A stretch of 64,000 nt of DNA from a cyanobacterium endosymbiont of Rhopalodia gibba (GCA_045159875.1 CP067995.1:1280001-1344000); one strand, 5' to 3'; positions 1 through 13,594 are shown, numbered from the stretch's first letter. Numbers and translations: made by a program. The notes: generated from the letters alone by a model not told the origin.

Positions 1-108
1 TTCAATGTCGTATTGAAGTATATAAAGACAATCAAGGATCGCAATTAGAGTTAGTTAGTTGAGTAAGTAAATATAAATAAATATTAAAAGAGTAAATTAT
101 GTTGTATC

Positions 109-140
109 TATATATTTAACTTTAAAAAGTTAAATATATA
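109..140. repeat. inverted repeat, 15-bp arms, 2-nt spacer
   Basis: TATATATTTAACTTT-AA-AAAGTTAAATATATA read directly; very AT-rich. Confidence 0.7.
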
Positions 141-185
141 TTGCTTTAATTTATATTTTTTAGAGTAACTTTTTTTGATAAATAC

Positions 186-560
186 GGTTCTACTGAACTA
201 CTAATATAGAATGAACTAGTTAAATACCAATTTAAGAAACTTCAGAGTTAAAAATCAGCGAAATGTCTGAATCCATAAGCTCTTCTTTTAATTTACTTAA
301 ATTTATTGTTGATATCTTCTAATATTCCTTGCTCAAAAAGATAATATTTTGTCTAATTTAAAATCTCTTTAACAGCTTTTTATTTGTAATGAACAAGTTT
401 TTTCTACACCGGTCAGTTAATTTTTATAGTCTTGATACCTAGTCTGAATCTTTTTCAAAAATTGTTTTAAATTCTTCTTGTAATTGGTGCATCTCTTAGA
501 TACTGGTTATATTTTACAAGTACAGTTTAACTTATTTATTTTTTGACCTAATTTTTTTTC
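186..560 (-). mobile_element. ISL3-family transposase relic (3' part and terminal IR)
   Basis: Minus strand reads QEEFKTIFEK...GILEDINNKFK*IKRRAYGFRHFADF*L*SFLNW, like the ISL3 C-terminus EGINNKLKLIKRRAYGFRNF. It ends at GGTTCTACTGAACT (186). Inner boundary approximate. Confidence 0.75.
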
Positions 561-1581
561 AATAAATAAAATATATTTACTATTATTTGATTCTAGATTT
601 GTTTAATCTTAACTTTATTTTTTAGTTCTATAGCTTGTGATTTAAAAGTTGTTTAATTATCTAATGAAAATTGACTTATTTGATGGGATAAGATGTATTT
701 ACTGCTACTTAAGTTTATGACATTAATCTATTCATATAGATATAATTTTATAAAATAAAATCTAGAGAAATTTATTTAATCTTCTTCAAAATTTATTTTT
801 CAATTATCATCATCATTCCTTTATGTAAATCTACTAACACTACATAATAATAAATATAGTTATAAAAACTAACTCATAATAATATGCTAATAGTCTAGAT
901 ATAAATGATGTATAGAAAATATCATTTAGTTCCACGTTTTAGTTAACTGTAATCAAAAAAATATTGCTTTCTTTTTAAAGAATCTTGTAAATGGACTATA
1001 AAAAAAATTTCTTTTACTATAATTAAGGTTGATTCTTATAACAAGAAAATCTTAAATTATTTAGTTTTACAATTTTCTTGCTATAAGCATTTAAAATAAA
1101 TAGGCTGACAAATTAGCTCACAAATTAAAATTTAAGACCAGCAGATGGATAAACATAAACATAACCGAAGTAGTCTGTTCTATAGGAAAAGAAAATGATA
1201 TTTTTTGAAAAAGTTGAGTAGATAATTGTTAGTTATTATCAGTTCTTTCATTCTTTTTGAAGCTCTCCCTCTTAAGATATTTTATATCTTTTTCTTGCCA
1301 AATTATTTTTTTTTACTTCTCGGATAATCCAACAATTCTTCTTTTACTTTAATAATCGCTCCAGTAATTGTTCTTTTAAAAGATATTTTCTGATATATCT
1401 ATCAAATCTGCAATTTTTTTACTCTTCCATCCTCTTTAATTTAAAAATAAAAATATCTCTACTGATTATTTGTAGCAAACCTAAAGGAAATTTTATATAT
1501 AAAGTTACAAGGCTTCTTTATCTTATTCAATCATTTAGAAAAATAAGATAAATATACTAATTATTCTTAAAGTAAAAAGAC

Positions 1582-3075
1582 TCACACTTTTGCTTCTTCG
1601 AGAAGGAGCTTAGAGCGCTTAATTATTTTGGGAATGCTAACAGGATAGTCTCCGGTAAAACAAGCAGAACAGAAACTATTGGGATCCTCTCCCGTTACTT
1701 CTAACATTCCTTTCCAACTCAGATAAGCCAAAGAATCTACTCCTATTTGTCTTGCAATATCAGCAATAGATTTGGTGGCTGCCACTAGCTGAGTTTGGTT
1801 GTCAGTATCAATGCCATAAAAACATGGATGAGTAACAGGTGCGGAAGAAATCCTCATATGTATTTCTTTAGCACCAGCATCACGCAAGGCTTCGACGATT
1901 TTACAACTGGTAGTTCCTCGTACAATAGAATCATCTACTATGATCACTCGTTTGTTTGCAAGTACATCTTTAAGGGGATTCAACTTCATTTTAATCCCTG
2001 CCTCTCGCATCTGTTGAGTGGGTTCGATAAACGTTCTTCCTACATAACGATTTTTTATTAATCCTTCCGCGTAAGGAATTCCTGATACTTGGGAAAATCC
2101 AATAGCTGCCGGAATACCAGAATCAGGAACTCCCATTACTAAATCAGCTTCAACAATAGATTCTCGCGCCAAATGTTGCCCTAAACGGACCCTATAACTG
2201 TACAAAGTTTCACCGTGCATTATGCTATCAGGACGGGAAAAATAAATCATTTCAAAAATACATAATTTCCGTTTCGGTTGAGTTACCCAGTGGAAAGATG
2301 ATAAACCATTTTCAGTAATCCAAACTAATTCTCCTGGTTCTACATCCCGTAGATAGTCTGCTCCAATAATGTCCAGAGCACAAGTTTCTGAGGCAAGGAC
2401 ATAACGAACAGGATCTCCTTCTAAAGTACCGATAACTAAAGGACGGATACCGTTAGGATCTCTTACCCCCATTAATCCCGCTGGAGTTCCAATAGCTAAG
2501 CTATAGGCTCCAGAACACAGTTGAAACGAACTAATAGCTGCTTCTAACCAGTCTTTTCCCTCATTAACTTCTTGGGTAATTGCCACTGCAATCATCTCTG
2601 AATCGGTGCTAGTATCAAAGTGTCCGCCTTTTTTTTTTAGTATCTGACGTAACTCTAGAGTGTTAACAAGGTTGCCGTTGTGCGCTAGAGCTAAATGACC
2701 TAGACGGGTGTTGAGAACAGTAGGTTGAGCGTTAGCCTTTTGACTAGATCCTGTAGTTGAATAGCGGGTGTGTCCAACGGCTATTTTTCCAGTTAATTTA
2801 TTTAAAGTAGATTCCTTAAAAACTTGGGAGACTAACCCCATGTCCTTGTGAATGTGAATACTATCCTCATCTAAAGTAGCAATTCCGGCTGATTCTTGTC
2901 CTCGATGTTGCAGGGCATAAAGTCCAAAATATGTTAGTTTTGCAACAATTTTTTCGGGGGCATAAAGTCCAAAAACGCCACAGGCTTCTTCTGGTTTTCC
3001 AGGGGGTCGATAGAGAGGGTTAATGGTATCAGTCAGTTGCTGATGAGCATTAAGAATCTGATCGTTAGCAGTCAT
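1582..3075 (-). CDS. purF: amidophosphoribosyltransferase
   Basis: EACGVFG propeptide/Cys1, QHRGQESAG, VDDSIVRGTT PRPP motif. Confidence 0.98.
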   Translation of the reverse strand: MTANDQILNAHQQLTDTINPLYRPPGKPEEACGVFGLYAPEKIVAKLTYFGLYALQHRGQESAGIATLDEDSIHIHKDMGLVSQVFKESTLNKLTGKIAVGHTRYSTTGSSQKANAQPTVLNTRLGHLALAHNGNLVNTLELRQILKKKGGHFDTSTDSEMIAVAITQEVNEGKDWLEAAISSFQLCSGAYSLAIGTPAGLMGVRDPNGIRPLVIGTLEGDPVRYVLASETCALDIIGADYLRDVEPGELVWITENGLSSFHWVTQPKRKLCIFEMIYFSRPDSIMHGETLYSYRVRLGQHLARESIVEADLVMGVPDSGIPAAIGFSQVSGIPYAEGLIKNRYVGRTFIEPTQQMREAGIKMKLNPLKDVLANKRVIIVDDSIVRGTTSCKIVEALRDAGAKEIHMRISSAPVTHPCFYGIDTDNQTQLVAATKSIADIARQIGVDSLAYLSWKGMLEVTGEDPNSFCSACFTGDYPVSIPKIIKRSKLLLEEAKV

Positions 3076-3481
3076 GGATAAGATTTTGCTCCTGAAAGAG
3101 GCGGTCTGGCAATTTTAGATGAAATCGGTCTAGTTAAAAATATATAGACATACTTTAACAGCTTTTTAACCTAAGTATTACCAAAATTTTTATCTAAGGT
3201 TAAACAATTATAAGGTGTAGCCCTCTAATTTGTATAGATCAGTAATACTGATTTAAATTGTTTTTCACTTAAAATTAACATTGGATACTTGAACAGGTCG
3301 ATTAGATTTTTACAAGAACCATTGTAATGTTAGTCAAAAATCTGTCGTTAACTGTACTTATGCATATTTTTTTTATCTTTATAAGATTTAATTAATGAGA
3401 AGGAGAACACTAAGCTTTGTTTAAACATAAAAAAATAAAAGTATAAATATCTGTCGGAGAAGTTTAGACTTTGATTTAAGT

Positions 3482-5827
3482 CTAAACTTTTAACTGTCTT
3501 TCAATTGCTGTTGACCAGGGTTTAAGCATTTGTTTGATGTCTAAGTTGACCAAAGACAAGTTATCAGAAACAGTGATGCTTAGACTCTTGGCAGAAGTTT
3601 GACCTATTTTTTTCCAATTTCTACTTAAATTTTGATTGAAATAGCTTTCCAATTTATTTTGATTTATGGGGCTAACAGAAACAATTATTTGACCAGTTAC
3701 TTCTCCAAACAATAACTCATCAAGTCGTTTTTCATCTTCCACTTCTAGGAAAATCTTTGCTCCTAATTTACCACTCATGCAACATTCTGCCAAGGCGACA
3801 CCTAGTCCACCTTCTGAACAATCATGAGCAGATTTTACCCAACCTTGACGAATGGCATTACGGCATACTTTTTGTACTAATATTTCAGTATCAATGTTTA
3901 CTTTGGGTGGCTTCCCTGCTACTATCCCGTGGGAGCTAGCTAAATATTCTGACCCCCCTAAGGTAGGCTTATTTTCTATTCCTAAAACATAAATTAAATC
4001 CCCTACTTTCTGCCACCCTTGACTACATATTTTTGTGATGTCAGGAATTAATCCCACCATTCCTATGACTGGAGTAGGATAAATAGGTTGAGGTTTTCCG
4101 GCAGAATCAAGGGTTTCATTGTAAAGGGAAACATTTCCCCCAGTCACCGGAGTATTTAAATCTCGACAAGCTTCAGAAATACCTTCACAAGCTAAAGCTA
4201 ATTGCCAATATCCAGTAGGATTTTCAGGACTACCAAAATTGAGATTATCCGTAACGGCTAAAGGTTCTGCCCCCACACAACTTAAATTTCTAGCAGCCTC
4301 AGCTACGGCTGCTTTTGCCCCTTCGTAGGGGTCAAGATAAACATAACGGGAATTACAGTCAGTTGTAGCTGCAATCCCAATTTTACAGGTGTTTGGGTTT
4401 GCTTCAATAGGACGAATACGAATTATCGCCGCATCAGCCTCTCCAGGCAAGAGCACAGTATTATTCTGAACCTGGTGATCATATTGACGATAGACCCATT
4501 TTTTTGAGGCAATAGTGGAAGTATCTAATAAGTCTAAAAGAATTTCATTCCAGGTCTTTAATTGACCGTTAATCTCAATCCCATTTACTGTGCAATCAGG
4601 TAAATTTTTAGCCGTCCACTGCCAAGCTCTCTGGGCATACTCAGGGGGATTCTCCGGTAATTTTCGATAATAAATAGGAGTATCCTTGGCTAAGGCCTTA
4701 GCTGGAATTTCAGCAGCAATTTCTCCTTTAAATAATATCCTAACAATGGGTTCGCTAATAACGGTTCCAGCAACCACTGCTTCAAGTTCCCAACGGTGAA
4801 AAATATTAATTAATTCTTGTTCCCTACCTTTTTGGGCAACAAATAACATCCTTTCTTGGGACTCTGACAACAAGTATTCATAGGGAGTCATTCCAGTTTC
4901 TCGTACAGGAATTTTATCTAAGTCTAATTCAATTCCCACCGCTCCATTAGCTGCCATCTCTGAAGTGGAACAGGTAATTCCTGCTGCTCCCATATCTTGG
5001 GCTGCGACAACTGCACCAGTTTTAAAAGCTTCTAAACAGGCTTCAATTAAAGATTTTTCTAAAAAAGGATCTCCAACCTGTACTGCAGGGCGATTATCCA
5101 TAGATTGGCCCGTCAGTTCTGCACTAGCAAAACTCGCTCCTCCCATGCCATCTCTTCCAGTAGTTGAACCGACGTATAAAACTGGGTTGCCAATGCCTGA
5201 TGCCCCGGATTTAATGATTTCGGAAGTTTCCATCAACCCCAGGGCCATAGTGTTAACTAGAGGATTGCCCCTATAAGCAGTATCAAAATAAATTTCACCT
5301 CCGATAGTAGGAACTCCAACTGCATTAGCATAATGAGAAATTCCTTCAACTACCCGGACAAATAATCTTCGGGTTTTGGCGTCTTCCAAATTACCAAAGC
5401 GCAGAGAGTTCAAACAAGCTATAGGACGTGCTCCTATTGTAAAGATGTCTCTGAGGATACCACCAACCCCTGTGGCTGCCCCTTGAAAAGGCTCAACCGC
5501 AGAGGGATGGTTATGGGATTCAATTTTAAAGGCTAATTGTAGTCCATCCTCTAAATTTACGACCCCTGCATTTTCTCCTGGCCCAACGAGAATGCGATTA
5601 CCTTTTGTGGGGAATTGTTTTAGCAAGGCGCGAGAATTTTTATAGCAACAGTGTTCTGACCACATGACCCCAAACATTCCTAATTCCGTCCTGTTAGGGT
5701 GGCGCCCTAGTCTTTGAACAATTTCTTCATATTCTTGGGGTTTAATACCTTCTGCGGCGATTTCTTCTGAGTCAAAGGGGTTAATCATAGAGGACTGCTT
5801 AGGAGAACAGGGGTAATGGTGAGACAA
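3482..5827 (-). CDS. purL: phosphoribosylformylglycinamidine synthase subunit PurL
   Basis: [34 protein letters not shown]; true start may be slightly downstream. Confidence 0.97.
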   Translation of the reverse strand: MSHHYPCSPKQSSMINPFDSEEIAAEGIKPQEYEEIVQRLGRHPNRTELGMFGVMWSEHCCYKNSRALLKQFPTKGNRILVGPGENAGVVNLEDGLQLAFKIESHNHPSAVEPFQGAATGVGGILRDIFTIGARPIACLNSLRFGNLEDAKTRRLFVRVVEGISHYANAVGVPTIGGEIYFDTAYRGNPLVNTMALGLMETSEIIKSGASGIGNPVLYVGSTTGRDGMGGASFASAELTGQSMDNRPAVQVGDPFLEKSLIEACLEAFKTGAVVAAQDMGAAGITCSTSEMAANGAVGIELDLDKIPVRETGMTPYEYLLSESQERMLFVAQKGREQELINIFHRWELEAVVAGTVISEPIVRILFKGEIAAEIPAKALAKDTPIYYRKLPENPPEYAQRAWQWTAKNLPDCTVNGIEINGQLKTWNEILLDLLDTSTIASKKWVYRQYDHQVQNNTVLLPGEADAAIIRIRPIEANPNTCKIGIAATTDCNSRYVYLDPYEGAKAAVAEAARNLSCVGAEPLAVTDNLNFGSPENPTGYWQLALACEGISEACRDLNTPVTGGNVSLYNETLDSAGKPQPIYPTPVIGMVGLIPDITKICSQGWQKVGDLIYVLGIENKPTLGGSEYLASSHGIVAGKPPKVNIDTEILVQKVCRNAIRQGWVKSAHDCSEGGLGVALAECCMSGKLGAKIFLEVEDEKRLDELLFGEVTGQIIVSVSPINQNKLESYFNQNLSRNWKKIGQTSAKSLSITVSDNLSLVNLDIKQMLKPWSTAIERQLKV

Positions 5828-6363
5828 ATAGATATCACCGTTTAGAACTTGCCAGCAGGATTAATCACTGGTCATTTAGTTTAAACTCATTTGTTCGTTA
5901 TTGTTTAATTTTCTAGTTTAAAATTTCTATTACTCTGTTTGAAACAAAAATAGTAAAATTTTTCTAAACAAGAATCACAACAATGTATAACTGATGATGT
6001 ATATTAATATGATACATTATCAATTACCGCAGTCATATTATAATTAATAGTGCTAAACTTTGTATGGCTGATGTGCCATAGTGACGCCATTGATATTTTT
6101 AGCTGGATAGAAATAGATTTCTCTTTTAAAGAACTGTTAGTAGATTTTATTGTCATAAATATATGAAGATATATAAGTCTAATTGTCTGTTACTGCTTTG
6201 TGTTTTTTATTTAAGCAGTTATTTTTTATAGAATTGCTACTTGAAAATTCAAAAATTACTTAAGTTGTTAAAATTTGCATTTACACGTAAAGGACTAATA
6301 TTATTTTTTTTACTCCAAGAGAAGCAACTGAATTAGTAATCAAAAAAACTAGAATTCTAGAAG

Positions 6364-6408
6364 CTGAGTAACAATAAGTGTTATAAAATGAAACTTATTG
6401 TTACTCAG
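6364..6408. repeat. perfect inverted repeat, 16-bp arms, 13-nt loop
   Basis: CTGAGTAACAATAAGT-N13-ACTTATTGTTACTCAG. Confidence 0.9.
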
Positions 6409-6412
6409 AGAT

Positions 6413-6454
6413 TAAACAGCTTTAGCAAAAAAAATTTTTTGCTAAAGCTGTTTA
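6413..6454. repeat. perfect inverted repeat, 20-bp arms, 2-nt spacer
   Basis: TAAACAGCTTTAGCAAAAAA-AA-TTTTTTGCTAAAGCTGTTTA. Confidence 0.9.
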
Positions 6455-6918
6455 CTTAGATTCATCCATAAGAAATGTCTCTAATTTAATAGAGAAAGGC
6501 TTTAAGATTTGACTTTTTTTAAGTAGATTTATGATAAGTTTTATAAAAAAACATTACATACCACTTATTAAAAAATAAGGACAATAAATTGAAATCTGCT
6601 AAAAAAGTATATACAGTAGGGGAAAGAATATTCTAAAAAGAGCATTACAGTTGTACTACTAAACTTACTAAAAAGTTTATCATCTAGTGTATCCAAAAAG
6701 AATTAACGTAAAAATTACTGAAATAAATAAGTTTTTAAAATATAGTTAGATCCAGGTTTATAACCTACGAAGATATTAGAGATAAATTATGTTCACGTTA
6801 ATATAAATTCTAAAAATTAGATCAATATTTTCACTTCAGAAAGAATATAGAATACTTGAAAGCCGAAAAACTAAATACAGAGAGAAAAGTAGTAACTTTT
6901 GATAGAAAGTATCTGTGA

Positions 6919-7752
<834 letters not shown>

Positions 7753-7829
7753 GAAATAGTTGATAATTAATAGTTACCAGTTGTCAGCAATGCGGTGACT
7801 GGTTAATTTAGTATTAAACAACAAATCTA

Positions 7830-8290
7830 TGATAAAAGGACGCCTAAGTTAATTGATGATGATAAAAAAAGAGAAACAGCACAAATTATACACTTCGCCA
7901 ATGAGGAAGGACATGTTACTTTAATCTTTAATGGAGAAGGGAATCAACTTGGGCGCTTCTTAGATAGATATAAATACAGTTATTTCTAATAAAATGGAGA
8001 TAATGGTATGAATCGGGTTTTAGAGGATATTTATAGAAATAATATGGTGTATCATTGACAGTAATAGAGAGGTTATTAATGATGTTGCCTACGATAGACT
8101 TAGTCAGATAACTTCTGAGACGGATAGTAATGTTAGTTTTCAGTTTAGATATAGAGAACAGGAGTTAGATCAAGAGATAAGACTTTATTATTATCGTATG
8201 CGGTTTTTATGAATCTAAAACGAAACAATTTATTAGTGAAGATTCCATCGGGTTTAGAAGTGTAGATATGAATCCATATCAAAATCCCTG
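7830..8290 (+). pseudogene. RHS repeat-associated core domain relic
   Basis: From 8051: IIDSNREVINDVAYDRLSQITSETDSNVSFQFRYREQELDQEIRLYYYRMRF, then a frameshift to YESKTKQFISEDSIGFRSVDMNPY. This matches the RHS core ELDxETGLYYYRARYYDPxxGRFISEDPIGFxxGDxNLY. Upstream fragment EGHVTLIFNGEGNQLGRFL. Confidence 0.85.
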
Positions 8291-8632
8291 ATTCTAGCGA
8301 GCCTGTACTGTCAAAATTGAAAATATAAAGACAAAGTTTAATTATCAATAATAGGCATGTAAAAATATGTAATTTGTTTATACTAAACTCCATAATTTTT
8401 ACTTAATTGATACCTATAGCACTAAATACTTAACTTAATTTAGTTGGAATAGAAACCATAACATAATACTTTATATGTAATAACTATAGCTATGTAATAA
8501 CTATGGTTCTTTATGAGCTTATGATAGACAATCTAAGTCTGTCTGTATATTTTGTTTTTTATAGAAAAGGTTGTGTAAAATTTAATAAATAAAAATTTAA
8601 AGTTTTGCTCCACAAAGTTAAAATTAAGAGCT

Positions 8633-8668
8633 CTAAAAGTTAAAATAAATATCTATTTTAACTTTTAG
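8633..8668. terminator. 15-bp-arm hairpin downstream of clpB, possible terminator
   Basis: CTAAAAGTTAAAATA-N6-TATTTTAACTTTTAG, 55 bp past the clpB stop. Confidence 0.5.
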
Positions 8669-8722
8669 CTTTTGATTTTTATTATGTAGAGTAGATATTA
8701 CCCACTCTATAAGTTAGACTGT

Positions 8723-11332
8723 TTACTTCTTATCAGACAAACGTTTAAACGTCAGTCGTTCATTTTCTAAATCGACAAAAATAGTATCTCCTTCTTTAAA
8801 TTCTCCCCGCAAAATTGACTTAGCTATTGCAGTTTCTAAATATTTTTGGATTGCTCGTTTTAAGGGTCTTGCACCATACACTGGATCGTAGCCCATTTCT
8901 ACCAGAAAATCTAAAGCTAATTCCGATAGTTTCAGACTAATTTTTTGCTCAGCTAATCTTGTTTTTAATAACTGAATCTGCATGTCAACAATTTTTTGTA
9001 ATTGAAACTTCTGCAATCCGTGGAAGATAATAATTTCATCGATACGATTAAGAAATTCAGGACGAAAACTATGACTCATTGCATCCATCACACGAGAACG
9101 CATTTCTTCATAACGAGAATCATCTCCAGCCACATCTAAAATGTATTGTGAGCCAATATTACTGGTCATGATAATAATGGTATTCTTAAAATCTACCACA
9201 TGACCTTGAGCGTCAGTTAATCGCCCATCATCGAGAATTTGTAACATGACATTAAAAACATCATTATGGGCTTTCTCGATTTCATCAAATAGAATTACAG
9301 AGTAAGGACGACGACGAATAACTTCAGTTAATTGTCCTCCTTCATCATAGCCAACATACCCCGGAGGTGCACCCATTAAACGGGATACTGTATGTTTCTC
9401 CATATATTCAGACATGTCGATACGAACTAAGGCTTCTTCCGTATCAAAAAGATTCTCGGATAATGCCTTGGCTAATTCCGTTTTACCGACTCCTGTAGGA
9501 CCAAGAAAAATAAAACTTGCAGTAGGGCGGTTAGGATCAGAAAGTCCAGCGCGAGAACGTTGAATAGCTTCTGAAACAGCAGTTACAGCCTCTTCTTGTC
9601 CAATTAATCGTTTATGAATTTCATCTTCTAAATAAAGTAATTTCTCTTTCTCTGATTCTACTAGCTTACTAATAGGAATTCCTGTCCATTTAGAAATAAT
9701 TTCAGCAATATCTGATTCTAAAACTTCTTCCCGTAATAAAGTTTTTCCAGTAGTTTGACGTTCTGCAATTTTTATTTCAAGTTCCTTAATTTGTTGTTGT
9801 AAATCTATTAGTTTTCCATATCGTAGTTCTGCTGCTTTATTAAGGTCATAATCTCGCTCTGCTTGTTGAATTTCTAGGTTTATTTGATCGATAGTTTCTT
9901 TTGTCTTACTAATTTCATCAATAACTTCTTTTTCTGATTGCCATTGAGCATTAAGTTGGGACTGTTCTTCTTTTAAAACTGCAAGTTCTTTATCAAGTTT
10001 TTCCAACCTTTCTAGAGAAACAGTATCTACCTCTTTTTGTAAAGATAATCGTTCCATTTCTAACTGAATAACTTTGCGATCTACTTCATCTAATTCTTCT
10101 GGTTTAGAAGTAATTTCTATCTTTAATTTAGCGGCTGACTCATCTACTAGGTCAATAGCTTTATCTGGTAAAAAACGATCACTAATATAACGGTTAGATA
10201 ACATGGCCGCAGCAACTAAAGCAGTATCGGCAATTTTGACCCCGTGATGGACTTCATAACGTTCTTTAAGCCCCCGTAAAATAGAAATGGTATCGACTAC
10301 ATTTGGTTCGTCAACTATGACCTCTTGAAAACGCCGTTCTAAAGCAGCATCTTTTTCGATATACTTACGATATTCGTCGAGGGTTGTTGCCCCAATACAG
10401 CGCAATTTTCCCCGTGCTAACTTGGGTTTTAAGAGGTTCCCTGCATCCATAGCTCCTTGAGTTGCTCCCGCTCCGACGACGGTGTGAATTTCATCAATGA
10501 ACATGATAATCTCTCCTTGAGAATCTGTAACTTCTTTGAGAACTGCTTTAAGACGTTCTTCAAATTCTCCACGGTATTTTGCCCCGGCAATTAATGCTCC
10601 CATGTCTAAGGCAATTAACTTTCGATCTCGCAAAGATTCAGGGACATCACGGCTAATAATTCGTTGTGCCAACCCTTCAACAATAGCAGTTTTACCAACT
10701 CCAGGTTCCCCAATTAAGACAGGGTTATTTTTAGTTCGACGAGAAAGAATTTGAATAGTTCGACGGATTTCATCATCTCGTCCAATAACAGGATCAAGTT
10801 TACCTTCTCGCGCTAATTGAGTTAAATCTCGACCATATTTTTCTAACGATTCGTATGTCTCTTCAGGGTTTTGGCTAGTCACTTTTTGATTTCCTCTGAC
10901 TTGTTGAATACTCTCTTTTAATTTAGTTTCATTGAGACCAAATTCTTGTAGTAAAGTCTGACCGAAACGGTCATCTTTAGCATAAGCTAACAGCAAATGC
11001 TCAACAGAAATATAATTATCTCCGAAGTCTTTACGAAATTGTTCAGCCCTGTCAAGAAGACTATCTAGACTCCGTCCTAAGTAAATAGACTTGCCAAGGT
11101 TAGATACTTTGGGTTGACGATGGATAAATTCTTCGGTTTGGTCTCGCAGACGTTGAATACTAATATGCGCTTTATTAAAGACGCTGATAGTTAACCCTTC
11201 TAGTTCGAGAAGAGATGCCATCAGGTGTTCACTTTCAATTTGTTGATGACTATATTGTTTAGCAATATCGGGAGTTCGGACAATAGCCTCCCATGCCTTT
11301 TCTGTAAATTGATTAGGATTAGTCGGTTGCAT
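8723..11332 (-). CDS. clpB: ATP-dependent chaperone ClpB
   Basis: two AAA modules ([16 protein letters not shown]) and a middle coiled-coil domain. Confidence 0.98.
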   Translation of the reverse strand: MQPTNPNQFTEKAWEAIVRTPDIAKQYSHQQIESEHLMASLLELEGLTISVFNKAHISIQRLRDQTEEFIHRQPKVSNLGKSIYLGRSLDSLLDRAEQFRKDFGDNYISVEHLLLAYAKDDRFGQTLLQEFGLNETKLKESIQQVRGNQKVTSQNPEETYESLEKYGRDLTQLAREGKLDPVIGRDDEIRRTIQILSRRTKNNPVLIGEPGVGKTAIVEGLAQRIISRDVPESLRDRKLIALDMGALIAGAKYRGEFEERLKAVLKEVTDSQGEIIMFIDEIHTVVGAGATQGAMDAGNLLKPKLARGKLRCIGATTLDEYRKYIEKDAALERRFQEVIVDEPNVVDTISILRGLKERYEVHHGVKIADTALVAAAMLSNRYISDRFLPDKAIDLVDESAAKLKIEITSKPEELDEVDRKVIQLEMERLSLQKEVDTVSLERLEKLDKELAVLKEEQSQLNAQWQSEKEVIDEISKTKETIDQINLEIQQAERDYDLNKAAELRYGKLIDLQQQIKELEIKIAERQTTGKTLLREEVLESDIAEIISKWTGIPISKLVESEKEKLLYLEDEIHKRLIGQEEAVTAVSEAIQRSRAGLSDPNRPTASFIFLGPTGVGKTELAKALSENLFDTEEALVRIDMSEYMEKHTVSRLMGAPPGYVGYDEGGQLTEVIRRRPYSVILFDEIEKAHNDVFNVMLQILDDGRLTDAQGHVVDFKNTIIIMTSNIGSQYILDVAGDDSRYEEMRSRVMDAMSHSFRPEFLNRIDEIIIFHGLQKFQLQKIVDMQIQLLKTRLAEQKISLKLSELALDFLVEMGYDPVYGARPLKRAIQKYLETAIAKSILRGEFKEGDTIFVDLENERLTFKRLSDKK

Positions 11333-11519
11333 TGTTTAGGAGCAAGTGTATTGTGAAGTCACATCAAACATTGTAAGTGCGATAAATTTTTAAGTTAAGA
11401 GGGTTAACCCTACTATTTATGGTTGGGTTTGTATGAGTGATATTCAAGACAAATTGACTTCTAAACAGCTAAAACAACTAGCTGATCTTTTTAAAAAATA
11501 TGTCTACACATATTAAATA

Positions 11520-12344
11520 TAAAATAAGAAACTATTTTTCTTGAAGAGAGTAACTAATTATTTTCTGTGTAAGTAGTGTTATTAGACTTGGATAAAGCAA
11601 TTAAACTTAGTTGTAAGAAATAATTGAAATGACAAGGGGAGAGAAGACATCTAAAGTCATGAAAAAAAATACATAAAAAGATATAAAAAAGCTAAAATAA
11701 AAAAATAAGAATATAAAAAAAAATTAAATAAAATACTTTTAGATAAAAACAAGAGTAGATATGGTGATTTATTCTAGATTAGTTATTTAAAAACTAAACT
11801 TATTTTTTTGCCTTATAAAGTCTTTAATGTCAAAAAAAAATGTAAGTTAAGCTTGTAAAGTAAAAAGAAACATTGATAACAAGAGTTTTGGGAGTCATCA
11901 ACTATTGATTTATCGTACTTTTTCTAAAAGAGGTATTTATTTTTAAGCAAAATAAATACAATTTAAACCAAGAGTAATATTTAAATTAAACCAGGTGTGT
12001 AGAACATCATCGATTTTCTCAAAAATTTACTAAGTTAAAACGAATTTAGAAAGATTTTCAAGAAAAAACTAAATCAGGTATTGGGATTATTTCAATTTGC
12101 TGGTTGGTATCGAAAATATTATTAGTTGTACCTAACTGTAGAATAATCAGGTGTTAAATTGGAGTAATCACTTCTTGTCCTGGCAAAAGACAACTCAATA
12201 GATAGTAAAAGTTGTTAATAATAAATTAAAGATTATTAAGAGGAGAGCTTATTGGTTTATAGATAGATTTTGTAAGTTTTTAGCCACGAAATTTTAAATT
12301 TAGTATTTAACTAGCTAATTCTACATCCTAAGTTAGGTTTAACT
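11520..12344 (+). mobile_element. ISL3-family transposase relic with degenerate right IR
   Basis: Fragments VLLDLDKAI, NEFRKIFKKKLNQVLGLFQFAGW and KTTQ*IVKVVNNKLKIIKRRAYWF. The end CATCCTAAGTTAGGTTTAACT resembles the reverse complement of the IR at 21013. Left boundary approximate. Confidence 0.7.
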
Positions 12345-12484
12345 ATTTATTTTGAATTTATTATCGTTCTATAAATTTAAAATAATAAATTGGTTCGTCT
12401 GAAAAATTTATTATTTTTTTTGTAAATATCTTTTTAGGACTATTAATTTTTTATCAGTTTTTTTTATTATTCGACTCATTTTAA

Positions 12485-12691
12485 TTAACGGCTAAATTTT
12501 TGGGCTTGAGCAACCAGTCCGGCACTCACATAACGGCCGTAATTATCGAGACGATTTTGTTGAGCAGCACGAAAAGGAGATACAAAAGTATCAACTAAAC
12601 CAGAACTCATCATCATGACAGTAGCCGCGAGAATGATATAGTTACGAATAACGATGACGTTTTCGTTAACAGTAGTTGTTTTGGTAAACAT
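12485..12691 (-). CDS. small hypothetical protein (68 aa) with a hydrophobic segment
   Basis: SD AAAGGAG upstream of the ATG, GC higher than flanks, promoter-like CTGACA-N18-TATAGT; family not recognised. Confidence 0.65.
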   Translation of the reverse strand: MFTKTTTVNENVIVIRNYIILAATVMMMSSGLVDTFVSPFRAAQQNRLDNYGRYVSAGLVAQAQKFSR

Positions 12692-12711
12692 CTTGGTGGT
12701 TGCTCCTTTGT

Positions 12712-12753
12712 GTAGACGCCTTTACTATATAGGAAACAAATTGGTGATGTCAG
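12712..12753 (-). promoter_or_regulatory. putative promoter overlapped by an NtcA-like GTA-N8-TAC box
   Basis: -35 CTGACA (12753-12748), -10 TATAGT (12729-12724), GTAAAGGCGTCTAC (12725-12712). Confidence 0.4.
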
Positions 12754-12955
12754 TCCCAAAACCCTGCATATCGGGGGTCGTAGTCGTTCCCCTTTTCTTC
12801 TTAGAAGTGGAATTAAGTAGAAATTTTTCTATCCTTAATATAATTCCCCTACCTATATAAGAGGTTTTAGAAGCCTTCCATTGACAAAGAGTATTCAAGA
12901 TGAAGACATCGCTATCATCGGAGCAGTCCGTACTACTATACTGATTTAATATGAG

Positions 12956-13594
12956 ATGACTATGAAATCATTGTTTATTGTATTAGAAGGAATTGACAAG
13001 GCAGGGAAGTCAACTCAAGCAGAATTATTAAAGAACTATTTTCTTGCTCACCAACAACAAGCTGTTATTAGCTCTGAACCTACTGATGGGCCAATTGGTA
13101 GATTAATTCGTGAAGCTATGCAAAGTAAAATCATTGCAATTAAACAGAAAGAAAGCTTTGATGAACAAATGGCTTATTTATTTACAGCCGATAGGCATTA
13201 TCATTTATTTAACGACATAAATGGAGTTTACAAATTAATTAATGAAGACCATACTCATGTCGTAGCAACTCGTTATTATTTTTCATCTTTAGCTTATAAC
13301 TGCGATACTCAAAACGAGTTTGCTTTTGTAGCAACACTAAACCAAAGATTTCCTGATCCTGATGTAGTTTTTTATATCGATATTCCCTTAGAAATAGCAG
13401 TATCTAGACTTAACAATTATTCTATAAAAGAAATATATGAGACAGAGAAAAAACTTAGAAAAGTCAGGCATAACTACGAGAATTTTTTTGAAAATTATGA
13501 AGGAAAAATATTAAAATTAGATGGGACTGAATATATAGAAGAAATACATAAAAAAATTGTAACTTATCTTGAAGAAACTTTTAGTAGTTTTTAA
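12956..13594 (+). CDS. tmk: thymidylate (dTMP) kinase
   Basis: FIVLEGIDKAGKSTQ P-loop, LFTADR, RYYFSSLAY. Confidence 0.9.
   Translation: MTMKSLFIVLEGIDKAGKSTQAELLKNYFLAHQQQAVISSEPTDGPIGRLIREAMQSKIIAIKQKESFDEQMAYLFTADRHYHLFNDINGVYKLINEDHTHVVATRYYFSSLAYNCDTQNEFAFVATLNQRFPDPDVVFYIDIPLEIAVSRLNNYSIKEIYETEKKLRKVRHNYENFFENYEGKILKLDGTEYIEEIHKKIVTYLEETFSSF

Noticed and set aside
1320..1440. Possible IS630-like HTH relic (RGWKSKKIADLIDISE, minus strand)
   Set aside because: Too short and degenerate to support
8145..8393. 82-aa minus-strand ORF
   Set aside because: Antisense to the RHS relic
12654..12860. 68-aa plus-strand ORF
   Set aside because: Overlaps the start and promoter of the better-supported minus-strand ORF; no SD seen
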